A model generated the notes under the pieces. That model saw only the letters and a list, made by a program, of their open reading frames with translations, made no database searches and was not told the DNA's origin. This document shows, piece after piece, positions 14,901 through 28,386 of a DNA stretch of 64,000 bases; position 1 is the stretch's first letter, and each line of letters opens with the position of its first letter. This DNA comes from Eledone cirrhosa (Eukaryota), in NCBI GenBank assembly GCA_964016885.1, contig OZ024743.1, positions 213,404,001 to 213,468,000 on the forward strand, in the 5' to 3' direction. A program made the position numbers and the translations under genes.

Positions 14901-16055
14901 CTCAATGTGACTGCTGAATCAACTTGCTTCTTCACAAAGAAGGATGCCACAGGTAAACTTATGCAGCAAGCTGACCTGTTAATCATTGATGAGATAGGTA
15001 TGGGACATAAGCATATCTTTGAATGCCTTGACAGGAGCTTCAAGGAGGTTCGAGATTGCAAAAAGGATTTGGTGGTCTAACAGTATTACTATCTGGTGAC
15101 TGGGAGCAAATTCTTGTGCTAGACCACAAATAGTTGAGGCAACAATCAAGAGATTCTATCTCTGAGACTATGTAGATGACAACCAATCAACGGTTAATTA
15201 ATGCAGAGGATTCTGATGAAAGTACATTTGACATGCAGTACAATAAAATGGTGCAGAGGATTCTGATGAAAGATAGTTTACAAACTACCTTTTTGATGTG
15301 GGAAATGGTAACATTCCAACTGTTCCAATTGTAGGTGCATTCACAATTCTTCTGCCAAATGAACTTTGTCTGGAATATGGTAATGTATGTGGACTGTGTG
15401 ATTTTGTGTATACAAATCTTCCAGGAAAATACACAAACCCACTATGGCTTGCAAATAGAGCCATTATCACTCAAAAAAATGATGCAGCAAGATTGGTCAA
15501 CAAGTTCCCTGGTCAAGAAATAATCTACAGAAGCTCTGATACAGTAGATAATTGTTTCTACTTTTGGCACAAGGCCAGCAATTATCCAGTACATTACTGG
15601 TACTTTATTTTATCGACCCCGTAAGGATGAAAGGCAAAGTTAACTTCGGCGGGATTTGAACTCAGATCGTAAAGGGGCGTAACTCTTTGCGTCAAAGCAT
15701 GGCGTCCGACCCTCTACTGATACTGCCAATCCACCGCCCTAATACAGTAGATAATGATCTGCAATATCCAATTGAGTTCATCAATAAACTTACCCCATCA
15801 GGCTTCGCAACACACATACTTAAACTGAAGAAAGGCAGTTGTATCATGCTTCTGAGAAATCTGTCAAACCAGCCTTTGTCCTTACATGCAACAAGGCTCA
15901 AGGGCAGACATTTGAAAAGATAGGTGTTTATCTACCAACACAATTCTTTTCACATGGTCAGATGTATGTTACAAAAACCCCCAGAAAATATAAAAATATT
16001 AAATGAAAGAGGTCTGTTTGCTGACAACTGTGTCTTTAAAGAAATTCTACTGTGA
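11967..16055 (+). pseudogene. Helitron RepHel (HUH Rep plus Pif1-type helicase), fragmented
   Basis: CPHCKA..W..E...LCC, FKIQG, AQLYFYD, YDPLHYVLLFP, EWQKRGLTHAH (about 13260), VPYNP..HINCEV..VKYLYNYITKG, Walker A AGTGKT, IIDEI, KAQGQT, FSHGQMYV. Confidence 0.92.
15553..15741 (-). mobile_element. Nin-domain SINE inserted in the Helitron helicase
   Basis: Same family as 9214-9400; 14 bp TSD atacagtagataat (15539-15552, 15742-15755). Confidence 0.9.
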
Positions 16056-16549
16056 TGTGAAACAGCTATCACTCTCGTTTAGTTGAAATGCATTTCAGTT
16101 TCTTTTTAATTTCTAGAAAAGTGACACTACAAAAACCTAAAAAGTCTATATGTGAATACAGTAAAACAACAATATAGCGAAGGTCAACTCTTCATATTGG
16201 TAAATGTAATTCATTCATTCATACCAGCAGCATCTATTTTCAAATGCACTGCTTGAAGCTCCCCATCGACATTCTAAGTGAAGATTCATGAACATTTTCC
16301 GTCAACAGTCCCATCGCTTTTCCATCTCCATTATCGCCTTTTTTAAAAATGTATCATGGATTACTTTACTGATAACAGAAGTAAGTGTAACACAGTCTTT
16401 GTTCAGTTTATGTGCATATTGTCAATTTACGTATCATATCTATGTGCATATATATTTGCGTATATCAATATGCACACTACATACACTAGCAGAAAACCGC
16501 CGGGGGTGCGGTTCTTCTGTTAGTTGACTATAATCTTTATTGTAGCTTC

Positions 16550-16870
16550 ATTCTAGATAAAGATTAAAAACAGTAGAGGTGCTAATAAGCGCCCTTGACA
16601 GAGTCTAACTCCAATATTGATTGGTTTCGAGTTTATCCGAATACAAATACTAAAGCATTCGTATAGGGACTTCAAGGCAAGAAGAAGTTGTTCGTCGATC
16701 CCATATTCCTGTAGAACCTTCCAAAACAAGTTCTGTGGCACGTGGTCGTATAGGTTTTCGAAGTCAACGAATCAAGCAGACACCTATTGACAATACTCTC
16801 ATGATTTCTCGAAGGCATGCCGCAGAATGAATATTTTGTCGGCTGTGCTATATTCGGGGCAAAAAAACAC
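16550..16870 (-). mobile_element. RTE-clade LINE RT fragment
   Basis: VPQNLFWKVLQEYGID..LKSLYE and QGRLLAPLLF. Confidence 0.7.
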
Positions 16871-18699
16871 ACAGTTCGAGAGCAAACTTTAACTCGATAA
16901 TATCACTACATTTTGTGCCAGACACTTAGCATAGAGTTTAGTGGGGAGGTATAACAAGAAGATTCCCCTATAATTAGAACAATGATTCTTGTCTCTCTTT
17001 TTGAAAATTGGGATTATCAATTCCGATTACAATTGCTTTGGCGCCTTTTCAGAGATCAAGATCACCCAAACAACTTCTAAAAATATTTCTTATTCATGCA
17101 AGGTTTTTGTTACATAGAGACTTGTGTAGGTTGATGATATTATATTCAAAGACTCCTTTACTTTATGAACCTTTTCGTCGGTTAATCATAAAAATGAGAA
17201 CTGTCCTACTATCTGTTTTCTGTTTTTCTGTTACGTTCGGCTCTTTAATTATTTCAAGATCCTATGTTATTAATTTATGTCGGTTCTGTTTGACAGAATT
17301 TAGCATACTTTTTATTGTTAAAATTAAAGGTTTGGAAAGACAGAAAACTTTTTTCCATTTATACGCGATTGATAACTTTTGCGATGAGAATAACCTCAGT
17401 ATCATTATTATATCTCTCTCCACTGCATAGTGTACTATTGCTGATATATTGACGTTACTATAATTGGCATGTGTTCTTTTACAACTATCAATTATTCAAC
17501 CCTCCTGTTATTAGTTTTTTCCGTTCATATTTACCAATTGTTCTTTTCCAAGTATCATGAAAGAATCTGATCCAATATTTGTATTTTAATCACCTTGAAT
17601 TGTACATATTAATTGTTTGTTTGTCAATTGCTTGTGTTTGTAGATCCTGGTAGTATTTCGCCATTTCTCCATCATTGTAAAAGCATATATTTCGATGATT
17701 AAGATGTTGCATAGCTTAGCTGTCAGTCTTACTGTATATATTCTGCGAGAAGTCGAAGTTTAATGTGCTATTGACTTTAAGGCGTTTATTTTTATTCTCA
17801 GGAAGCTTACAGCATTTTAATGTTTTCTTTCTTTCCAGCTAAACCATACCTTATGGCCATTATCTGTTATAAATGTTTCACATATTGCCCATCAATATCT
17901 ATACTATTCCATCTCATAAGGTTGTTGCTATATTTTCCAGATAGTTCAAGCTGCCTTTGTTTATATATTCCAATTATCAAGGTGTATTTATGTATTTAAA
18001 ACATTTTGATTTGGTTCTTTAGAATATTTATTCTGCTCTGGGTAAACAAGAACAAACAGCAGATGACGGATTTTTTTATCCTGGGGTTCTGATACATCTG
18101 CTAAGTTGCGAGAATTTCGTTGGGTTTCAATAAGTAGATAACCTGGTTGTCCCTGTTTCCTTTGGTTTCTCTGTGAGGAGACGTTCCACCATTAGACAAG
18201 CTTTATGAGAAATTATGCAAGATATAACCCGTTTAACAACCCACATTCAAAGCTCCTAGATCCATACTCTGAGGAGTGGCTGTTCACGAGGAAGGTAATA
18301 ACATCTTATTAGTGGAAGAGAAAGGCTTTTCAAAAGAAATGTTTGCAAAGAGCAGCTGAAGTGCAATAGTTCAATTATTAATGACACCAACATGACAGGA
18401 AAAATTTAAGCATTTCAAAGGTAATTACAGAGAAGCAGTTGAGAACATATCTAGCTAATGGATATTGGAGCAGCAGTTGTAAGGCGAAAATATGTCAAAC
18501 AAATGATATCAATGATTTAACTTTTCGTTTGGGGTGGAACATAAGTGTATATAACTATTTTCCTCAGGGCATCGTTGACTGTCGGAGTAAAAGAGAGAAG
18601 AAAGCAACACTCGTGTGTTATCCTCAGAGTGGAAAAATTAATTGTGATAGGCGAGAAAACTCTATAATATCCATAAGAACCCCATCCGTCTTGTCATAG

Positions 18700-19000
18700 T
18701 AGTAGAGGCAACACATGTGAACTATGTGTTAAAGTGAACATGGCATCGGATTAAGATAGCTATTGAACGTGTCATTCTTTGGTCTGTAAGAATCATTCTA
18801 ATAGTCCTTTCGATTAAAAAAATGTTGTCACTAAATCTCATGTCTATATGACACTTTCGACATAATCAACTTATCGACCTTTTGGTCATCTGATATTGGA
18901 AGCATTTTATCATTAGTCAGATTCCAAAGACTGTTTTCCGTCAAGAAGAGCCAGGATTAACACCGCATCAACCACTACTGCTATAATCTGCGGATTCATT
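18700..19000 (+). mobile_element. Highly degraded RT fragment (possibly L2/CR1)
   Basis: Remnant resembling LD...FD.I.H; heavily frameshifted. Confidence 0.25.
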
Positions 19001-19239
19001 TATTGACCCAGAAATCGTAATAAGCAACGATCTTTGTAGGATTTGAAGTCAGATCAGAATGAGTCTGAACCAATACGACAAAATATTTTATTCGCCGATG
19101 TACCGCATCTGTCAACTCACCATCTTTGTTATGATATGTAATGTAAACACCAATGACGCAACATGTTATGGATAATTTATAACACATCGTCTTCTCCTGG
19201 TTTCTTTTAAACTATTTAGACGACACCATGCTCAGATGA

Positions 19240-20050
19240 ACAATCTAATAAAACTCTACATTAACTCAGACGGGATATAATGATAATTATGGAGGTGAGA
19301 TAAATATGCCAAAGCTACGCTAACACTAGGAAAGTTAACTAGAAGCATTAAATTATGTTCCTATAATTTAAGTAATAAACTTAGATTATTACTACTCACA
19401 CACAAAGTTAGTAATATATAAAAACGATCGGAAAACTCACCGAAATAAAGGAGAAAAGTTACAAATAAGCATTTCAGAAGAATGAGATCAATATTAAAAC
19501 TATAGCTTCAAAATGAAAAAAAACTACAAGTTAAGCCAATTGAAATACTCCGATAAGGAAACTTCAAAACTACTCACCATGTTCTGACATAAATCAGAAA
19601 TAGAAAGAAAACATCAACCCCGAACACAGTGACGAAAGAACTGTGTACAGCAGTAGCAGCATGGATCTAGAAAAATAGTCATGCAAAAGAAAACTGATTA
19701 GGTTAATAATGGAACATGAAAAACACATAAAAAATGTTTCTCTTTATATAAAGAAACAATAAACTACAAACTAGAATCGCATTGCAGTGAAAAAATTACA
19801 GAATGGAACACCAACATATATTAAAGAAAAAAGTAAAAGTAAAACCTTTCCATGGTCAATAACCTGCAAGAGTCGACAGAGCGGAAGGAAGCCAGCTTAA
19901 AAGCCAACAATGGCTCAAAATCTCTGAGCAGCAACCAGAAACAGAGTCTGATTTTATCTGCACAGGATCAATGCATTATCACAAGAAAAATATATATAAT
20001 AAAATAATAAACTAAGCGACTAACGTCGGCTACAGATTCTGAAATCAACA
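19240..20050 (+). mobile_element. Degraded R4/Dong-like LINE fragment
   Basis: KPFHGQ..., QQWLK...PETE, SAQDQCIITR readable at about 19842-19990. Confidence 0.6.
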
Positions 20051-20924
20051 CAAAGAAAAATATTTTTTCTTTTAAATTTTATATTGCATTTGGTGAAAAA
20101 TAACGTGGTTGTTTACAGGATTACAGCGGATCAATCTCTGGTTCACTGCATTTTTGATGGCGAGCGAGTTGACTGTCCAACAGGGGAGGTACAAATAACA
20201 TGCAGGGTATTTATTTTAATTTTAACAAAATGCTTGTTTTCGGAATTCACGAAGATGTTTACACCTTTTGCTTATATACATCAATGAAAAACACATACAA
20301 GCAGCCATACACAGACAAACATAGAGAGACATACGCCTGCACACACACACAGGGAAATAAAGACTGGCGTATACACACTGTGACACGCGTGTACACGAAC
20401 ACACACACACATATATATATACAATGGGCGTTTATACAGTTTCTGTGTAGCAAGTCAATCCGAACATATAGTAAAATACATTTGGTCAATATGTCGTGTA
20501 GTAGGGTCGAACTTGAAACCACATAGTTGTGATGTGAATTTTCTACTCGCACAGCTATGGCTACGTATATTGACCACATCATTTTTGGCTGGATGGAAGC
20601 TGAGTTCACTTGCTGAGTTCAGGATGCGGATATTTTGACTTTAAACAGAATAAAATTGTATAATAATGCGCAAAGTCTCCATAATAGCAATCAGGGATAT
20701 CCATAGCCAGACGAAAAAAAATAGATTTAGAAGTAATGACCAAAGGTAATTATCAAAAATGCGCAAACATCTCTGTACCAGTATCTATCTCGATCGATTC
20801 TTCCAAATATTACACAATGAAGGAGGTAAAGAAACTGTCAAGTTACAAGAAAATACACATATACAGGCTATGATGTATGAAAATTAAAAGCAGTGCTAAT
20901 CATAATTAGAACACTAATAATAAT

Positions 20925-21790
20925 TGTTTCTACTTTTGGCACAAGGCCATCAATTACCCAGTACATTACTGGTACTTTAGAACACTAATAATAATGGTTT
21001 CTGATTCAACACACGTCCAAAAATTTGGGAGAGCGGAATGTCATTTAAATCGACCCCAGTTCGTTACTGGTACTTTATTTTTTCGATCTCGCAAGTATAA
21101 AAGGCAAAGCTAACCTAATCGGAATTTGAATTCAGAATGTAAAGGAATGTAGCTCTATGCTGCAAAGGATGGTGTGCGACACTCTACCGATACTGCTAAT
21201 CCAACGCCCACAAGGTTTCTGATTTAGGCACAATACCAATAATCTAAGGGAGGGTAGAGTTGATTAAATCGACCCCAATGCATGACTGGTACATTATTTT
21301 ATCGATCCCGTAAGGATGAAATGCAAAGCTAACCTCAGTAGGATTTGGTCCCAGAACGTAAAGGGACGTAACTATATACAATAAAGCATGTTGTCCAACG
21401 CTATATCGACACTGCCTATCCACCGTCCTCCAATAGAACACCAATAATAATAAAAGCAAATACGAGGGCGCTCAAATTTACACACATCCTAACAAGTAGT
21501 CCTGCTAACCACACCTCATATCCTACGCTCAACGGTCTCACTTTAATAACACATCACGCTTCACATCGCCATTCTGGACAATACACATATCACATATTCT
21601 ACACAATCATAACCTAGTAAAATAGTAGTTGATTAAATCGTCGATTAAATGGAACCCAGTACATTACTGGCACTTTATTTTATCGACCCCGTAAGGATAA
21701 AATACAAAGTTAACATCGGTGGGATTTGAACTCAGACCGTAAATGGTCGTAACTCTATGTTGCAAAGCATGGCATCCGACATTCTACCGA
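20925..21790 (-). mobile_element. Cluster of four Nin-domain SINEs (20925-20976, 20996-21210, 21215-21430, 21625-21789)
   Basis: Repeated reverse-complement SINE core; TSDs ttagaacactaataataat (20906, 20977) and ataacctagtaaaata (21609, 21790). Confidence 0.85.
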
Positions 21791-22179
21791 TAACCTAGTA
21801 AAATAATTCAACTAATTCACAACCACTGTGTACAGCATCTCATTTTATTTTTTAAAATCGCTCAAATTGCTAGAAACAGCACTCAAAGATTGTTGTAGAC
21901 ATATATATAGACATACACATAAACATAGAAACATATATGTCGCGAAATATTTTAGTGTTAATAATTGTACTTTCTAGTGTCCTTGGCGTATATATCCTTG
22001 TATGTATATACATAGAAACAAGTACACATGCACATATACACGCATACTATCTCTCTCTCTCACCCACACATAGACACATACAGACACATACAGACACATA
22101 CAGACAGACACACACATAGACACAGACTATATATACGCACACACACACGCGCACGTGCGCTCACACACGCGCACGTGCG

Positions 22180-22230
<51 letters not shown>

Positions 22231-22231
22231 T

Positions 22232-22600
22232 GAAAAAAGGCAGAGATACAAATAAATTATTGTTATTAACTTCACGCTCAGGTGAAAGAGAGAAAAAAGG
22301 AGTTCAACGTATCGGATTTTAGCCCTTCGTCAGAAAAAATAGAAAAGTAAGTATGTTTTGAAGCAGCGAACGAGTTTGAAATTAGAAATAGAAGCTTACG
22401 TCGTATTTTTGACTAAAGAAATTTAAGCCCAATAGTGGGGTTTCGAACCATCTGAGAAATGGTAGCACAGTGGTCTGGATAACCAAAGATGTGGGTTCGA
22501 CTCCCATGTACGTCAATACTCATCTTTTTCCATTTCTCAGAGGGTTCTAAACCCCACTATCGGGCTAAAATTTCTTTAGTAAAAAATACGGCGAAGGCTT
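22232..22600 (-). mobile_element. (TA)n-embedded pLTR-like element with degenerate hammerhead and tRNA-like fold-back
   Basis: Minus strand CTGACGAagggctaaaatccGATACGTT and gagcgtgaagttaataa match 326-396; inverted repeat of about 70 bp at 22393-22462 / 22530-22600. Confidence 0.6.
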
Positions 22601-22610
22601 ATATATATAT

Positions 22611-22647
<37 letters not shown>

Positions 22648-23980
22648 TGTGTGTGTATCATTATAAAAACAATAAATAAAATATTATAAGCAGGTATGTC
22701 CATGATATTTCTAAGTGTAAACATATCTCAATAATCAAAGTATAACATACGAGATTTCATTGTGGACATTTTATATAGAACTCATTTTTATCTTTAGGTT
22801 TTGAGTAGTTGTTTCAGCAGTACATATACTAAAACTTTATGTTTTGAATGAAACATTTGTTTCGTATTTGTTTCTGGGTTTAATGTAACTTCTTGAATAA
22901 AGCATAACCTTTGTACATGTATAGAAATATTCGCTTTCATATTTCTTTTATATTGCGAATATCTGTGCGTGTGTCTTTTGTATATTTAAAAGCACATGAA
23001 CACACATATTCCTTAAATATGCAATGTACATTAATAGATTGCCATAAGCCTGTAGTTCTATAGACGGCCTAATATTCAATGAAATGGAATAGAATAAACA
23101 ATATACAATGTTTTTTAATGGAAATGTTATATAAAATTACGCTATTAATGTTTACCTATATACTAAAAGGAACGTGTCAAATGCGTTTGTTTTTAGATAA
23201 ATATAATACAACTATGGCTGTTATTGGTTTGAAACAATGTTCCTAATATTTGGTATAAAGGGTCATATTACACTGCTTTACAAAAATTGTCTAATTTTTT
23301 CTCTTCCAAGCTAAAATTTGTTTCTATTTCTGAAGCGAGGGATGTTGAAATCTAATATGACAATTTGCTTCGCCAGTGCTAATATTATTTATTCTGTCAC
23401 CCAAAATAGCTGAAGAATTGACCATATTCTGTATTATATTTGTCCAGCTATTAATGGGGGAAATGCATCACGAAAAAAATGATACACATCGTGTTCTCAT
23501 AAGTAGAGTTTTCATTATAACTGTGCATGCGTTAGACAAAGAACATTTTCCTGTTTCATTGCGAAAACATCTGATTATTATGACGATATCGGACATGCAA
23601 TCTGATACAATCCTACTGTTGTTGATTAAGCTTCTCGTAAATTTGTAAATTTGCAACCGTGGTATTTCAAGGCTGTTTTATCCCCAACATCAAGCGAATC
23701 TCTGCATGATTCCTTTTCTGGTGCCACGAGGGTGTGGGAAAAAGATTTATATTAGGTGACTAAACAGAGTATCACATATTTCGTGTACTACTAAAAACAA
23801 ACGAAAGAAAAGCGTTATGTAAGTCTAAACAAAGCTAAGACTTATGTTTCATATGGTTCGACATGCCTTCTTCATTTGGATTGCATAAGAAATTAGAAAT
23901 GTACGCCGATTTATTGGTAGTTTGCTATATATTTCTAGACGAATGGATTAACGCTCCGAGTTTATTAAGTGTCCTACTTA

Positions 23981-24137
23981 CGAGGGTCGGCTTCAAAGTT
24001 CATAGGCTGACCAAATAAGGTTTATTTTCAACATAGAAACAATGTAGTTATTAATAAGAAGAGTTAAAACTAATGCATTTCACAGCACTAATGTCTTTCC
24101 ATCATAGTGAGCTTATGAACTTTTCAGCCTAGCCACG
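23981..24137. mobile_element. Mariner-derived MITE
   Basis: TA|CGAGGGtcggcttcaaagttcataggc with imperfect inverted copy gcttatgaacttttcagcctagccacg. Confidence 0.6.
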
Positions 24138-25053
24138 CTTGTATATGTTGCACAAAAGTTTGATGATTAAACATCTTAAGTATCTGAATATATTTAGGAA
24201 ATTGCACATTAGGCAATTTCAAATTCTGAAAAAGATTACTTGGCTCAATCTGTGTGAAGTTTCTGATTCAATAAACCTGAAGTTTTAAATAATATCAAGA
24301 ACGTGCGATTTTGGTAATCTCTACCGTTCTCTGAAAATAGGGAGGATCAGAAATTAGCAGTTGAACATTTTAACGTATATTTTAAAGAGTGTTTGTGAAT
24401 ACTAATTTATCTGCGTTTAAACGTATCATTTTCTGACAGGTCTCACACGACATAAATTTTAATTGCTCAAGTGATATGTATATAATTTTCAGAACTTTCA
24501 TATTATAAAAAACATATATGTTCCTGTTCAATCAAAATTGTGTAACATTTTGTGGTTAAGATCATGCAATATATGTCTTCTCTCTAACTTTAATATAACA
24601 AATTAATAAGAATAGCCTTTCCTTATAACTTTTGAACGAACACTAGCATACGTAATATAAGGAACAAAAAACTTACTGTTGAAGCAAGAAGGGGTAACCA
24701 TAAGGCTAATGGTTAATGCTAATCAAATCTGATCACGGAGATACACCGAAATATTAAGGTGTATGAAGAATGCAGTACTTTTAAGTAATTGAACTCTTTG
24801 GCTTAGTAAATTATCACCCCTAGTGTCATCATTGGCAAATATTTTTACCATAGCTTCGTGTGAATTTAATTAGGTAGACGAAAACTGTGTCAGATTGGTT
24901 GTCCCTGTAATTCAAATGTTTATGGAATACTCAGCCAATTGAATGTTCATCATGAAAACCAATGAAAGGTCGATTATCATCCATGGTTACTAGAAACCTT
25001 ACGTCAATGAATTCACAGAAGTCTGTTAATCATTTAAAGTTTTACTACCTTGA

Positions 25054-25270
25054 GGGCAGTGGATTGACAGAATCGGTAGAGCGTCGAACAACATTCTTTA
25101 CGACATAGAGTTACGGCCCTTTCGTTCTGAGTTCAAATCCCGCCGTGGTTAGATTTGCCTTTCATCCTTATAGAGTCGATGAAATAAGCTCCAGTAACGC
25201 ACTGTAGTCGATTTAATTGATGCCAGCACCGACTCGGATTTGTTGCGCTTATACCTAAACCACTAACCAA
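25054..25270 (+). mobile_element. Nin-domain SINE
   Basis: Head, B box gagttcaaatccc and core as at 9214. Confidence 0.85.
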
Positions 25271-25934
25271 TTTGTTTTACAACACATATATTTCATAAAG
25301 TTAAAAATAATTTAAACTTCATATACATTTACTAATAACACTCAGGAAACAATGGAGATTTGTAGTAAGCATTTATTTCCCTATCGCTCTCATAGAGTAA
25401 ATGAAGAACTTTCCAATTCAACATATAACAATGATAACAAACACTCAAATATTTGTGTCTGAGAGGAATGTACAATTTACGCGAATGTCGTCTACATTCG
25501 GTGCCTCATGTCTTATTCGAAAGCATTCTTAGTTTTGTTAGCAGATTTTAATTGCAACTACACAATTCAACCAAATACTTTCCGCCAGACACACCAATAA
25601 ACCAATGTCTGGAATGATGGTTGCCATAGAAACATTTCGTATTAAAAGAGCCGAGAATCAGGATTAGAAAAGAAGAGAAGAAAAGCGTAGAGAAGAATAA
25701 AGAACTACCGGGACATATACAGAAATGATTTTATCTTAACGATAATATAAATGATTAGAATTTATAAGTTTGACGTCAACCATATTTTAATAAAACCAAC
25801 AACCTTTACCGCTAAGACAGAAACGCACACAGACAGACACAGATGTAGATACACAGACATACATATATATTACATAGAAACACAGATATACATACGTATA
25901 TATTTTCAGAGGTATGTATGTGTGAACCCACACA

Positions 25935-25995
<61 letters not shown>

Positions 25996-26497
25996 CAGTG
26001 GCGATTCAAGTCCAACCATAAAGTCTATCTGTTTCAATTATCTGTGAACACTATATTCATTCTTCATTTGTAATATATGCTCCAACCCAAAGGCATGATC
26101 CTCACTGGCAAATTAGCGCGCATAATGGATTTAATTCAATATTTTTCAAGGCAATGTGCCCTTCTTTTATCTTTATAATGTTCTTCGAACAAAATGTAAT
26201 GAAGTTAGACAGGGGTCATATAATCCTGCCCAGTGATACGAACAGAAAGCTTTTATCCACATTTGTGTCTTAATAAATTTTCGCCTGAACTATCAAGAAT
26301 GTATATATAAATTTATCATTATTAGAAGAATATGGTTTTGTTAAAATTTCATAATTTAAAATGTGCGCTTAACTATATTTCATGATCAAAAGAAGCTTCG
26401 ATAGAAAAGTTTCCAAGCTGAACTATGTTAAATGTTTGGGACAGTTTCTATGTTTTTGATCAGTCTAATGATGCATTAGATGCGACACTTATATCTG

Positions 26498-26554
<57 letters not shown>

Positions 26555-26556
26555 CT

Positions 26557-26805
26557 ATCAGCCTGTAGATTGAGGAAAAGGAGGAGGAGAGGAAAGGAGT
26601 ACAAGCTCTTCGTACTCCTGGAGATGAGGGTTGCACATTTTTTCGGGGGTATGTGTTACCCATATAAACTGTCTCCCTCTATTGGGGAAAATCGACTAAC
26701 TTTTAAATTCCATCTGTGATAACATTTTACACGTTTTTATTGTATGTAAACTTCCCCCTTTGTATTTGTCCCCTTCTTTTGTGCCCCTGTGGCTAATAAA
26801 GAAAT
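26557..26805 (+). mobile_element. 3' end fragment of a Tx1-like LINE within (TATC)n
   Basis: Similar to 6651-6903 (atcagcctgtag, gagggttgcacattttttcggggg, tgtatgtaaact, aataaa); (TATC)n on both sides. Confidence 0.8.
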
Positions 26806-27020
26806 ATATCTATCTATCTATCTATCTCTCTCTCTATATATATATCTCTGTGTGTGTGTGCGTGTGTGTGTGCGTGTGTGTGTGTGTGTGCGTGTGTGTG
26901 TTTATATGTGTAAAATCCCGACCGCGGAACCAAGCGGCTTCGGCTTGCATTGAGTACTCTCATGATTAGTGGTCTTCTCGGTCTCAGCTCCAAAGACTCT
27001 CTCTCTCTCTCTTTATATAT

Positions 27021-27185
27021 ATTATAAAATAACAGGAGGCTGGACTGGTGTAAATCCTTGAAAGGTTTATTATACTATGATCATTTCAATGACCGGATTC
27101 ATACTGAACCCGGTCATTGAAATGATCATAGTATAAGAAACCTTTTAAGGATTTACACCAGTCCAGCCTCCTGTTATTTTATAAT
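27021..27185. repeat. Long hairpin, 76 bp arms with 2 mismatches
   Basis: 27021-27096 is the reverse complement of 27110-27185. Confidence 0.95.
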
Positions 27186-27331
27186 AATTAACTCCGTACT
27201 CGCACCACCAACTACACAAACGAAGACGGGTGAGTTGCATTACGTTTATATTACATCGAGATTGACCATACGGAATGACCAGTTCTATCCAGTGGTGAAC
27301 CAACAAACCTAAATAAATAAATATATATATG

Positions 27332-27380
<49 letters not shown>

Positions 27381-27381
<1 letters not shown>

Positions 27382-27644
27382 GGAAAACGAAGAATCAGTG
27401 ATGCAGAGGAACAATTTATTAGCGTATTACAATTGTTTCCCCGGCGAGCAGCTCAAGGTGCACTGTATTTGTAGATCGAACCTGACTCTGGATTCGCAAG
27501 TTCCCCAGATATGTCTAGTGACTTCGAAGCAAATCCTCTCTGTTTTCCATATTCGTTTCCATATTATTATACTCTGCTACGCAGGAGGATTGAATGCTTA
27601 TCTGGCATACCACCTCTAGACGCATCTAAGCAACCTTACTACAA

Positions 27645-27645
<1 letters not shown>
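27381..27645 (-). mobile_element. (TA)n-embedded short element, diverged relative of 43915-44134
   Basis: Shared agaatcagtg, ggcga.cagctc and gatcgaacctgactctg..tcgcaag blocks; decayed hammerhead at 27421-27516. Confidence 0.7.
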
Positions 27646-27675
<30 letters not shown>

Positions 27676-27712
27676 CATATATATGTATGTATATATATAT
27701 ATATATATATAA

Positions 27713-27787
<75 letters not shown>

Positions 27788-27873
27788 CATATATATGATA
27801 ATTGTATTTGTATGGGCTTGTAATGGTATATATATATATACACATATATATGATAATTGAATGGGCTTGTAAT

Positions 27874-27910
<37 letters not shown>

Positions 27911-28386
27911 AATACATTATCAGAGAAAGCTTTTAGCGATACTCCGGCCAAATTCCAACTCACTCAACAAATATTAGGAAATAAGTGAGTATATTCCTAA
28001 TTAAACGTTCGGGGTCCTAACTAAATGTATTGTGTGGAAAATTGGCTGTATTATTACATATGAGACATATCGAATATATCTCTTCCCAGACGGACGTCTC
28101 GTTTCATTATAAGATTCCTACAATTTGGGTGAAATTATACCATTTTATGTAGGAGCTTGTATAGGATCAACAGATAATATTCAAGTGGGCTCTTATAATT
28201 CATCAGTGGGTGCCCAATAATACTAACATTGATAATCTAACCAATATCAGTATTTTGCGATAATCACCATCAGTGCCTGAGGTATCTGTTAGGGAACCAA
28301 ATGTTAAACAAGGTTCATTGATTATTCAATGAATATAGTTTTACAATAGATAAAAGCACTCAACAGTGAAGTTTTCTGCAGTTATT

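Larger units (their letters stand above)
11432..16523 (+). mobile_element. Helitron (decayed autonomous copy) with both termini
   Basis: 5' A|TCTATACTATAT; 3' hairpin aaccgc-cgggggt-gcggtt followed by TTAG|T (CTAG variant); internal Rep/helicase remnants. Confidence 0.85.

Noticed and set aside
22461-22515. Functional tRNA gene
   Set aside because: A and B boxes are present, but D and anticodon arms are truncated and there is no full cloverleaf.
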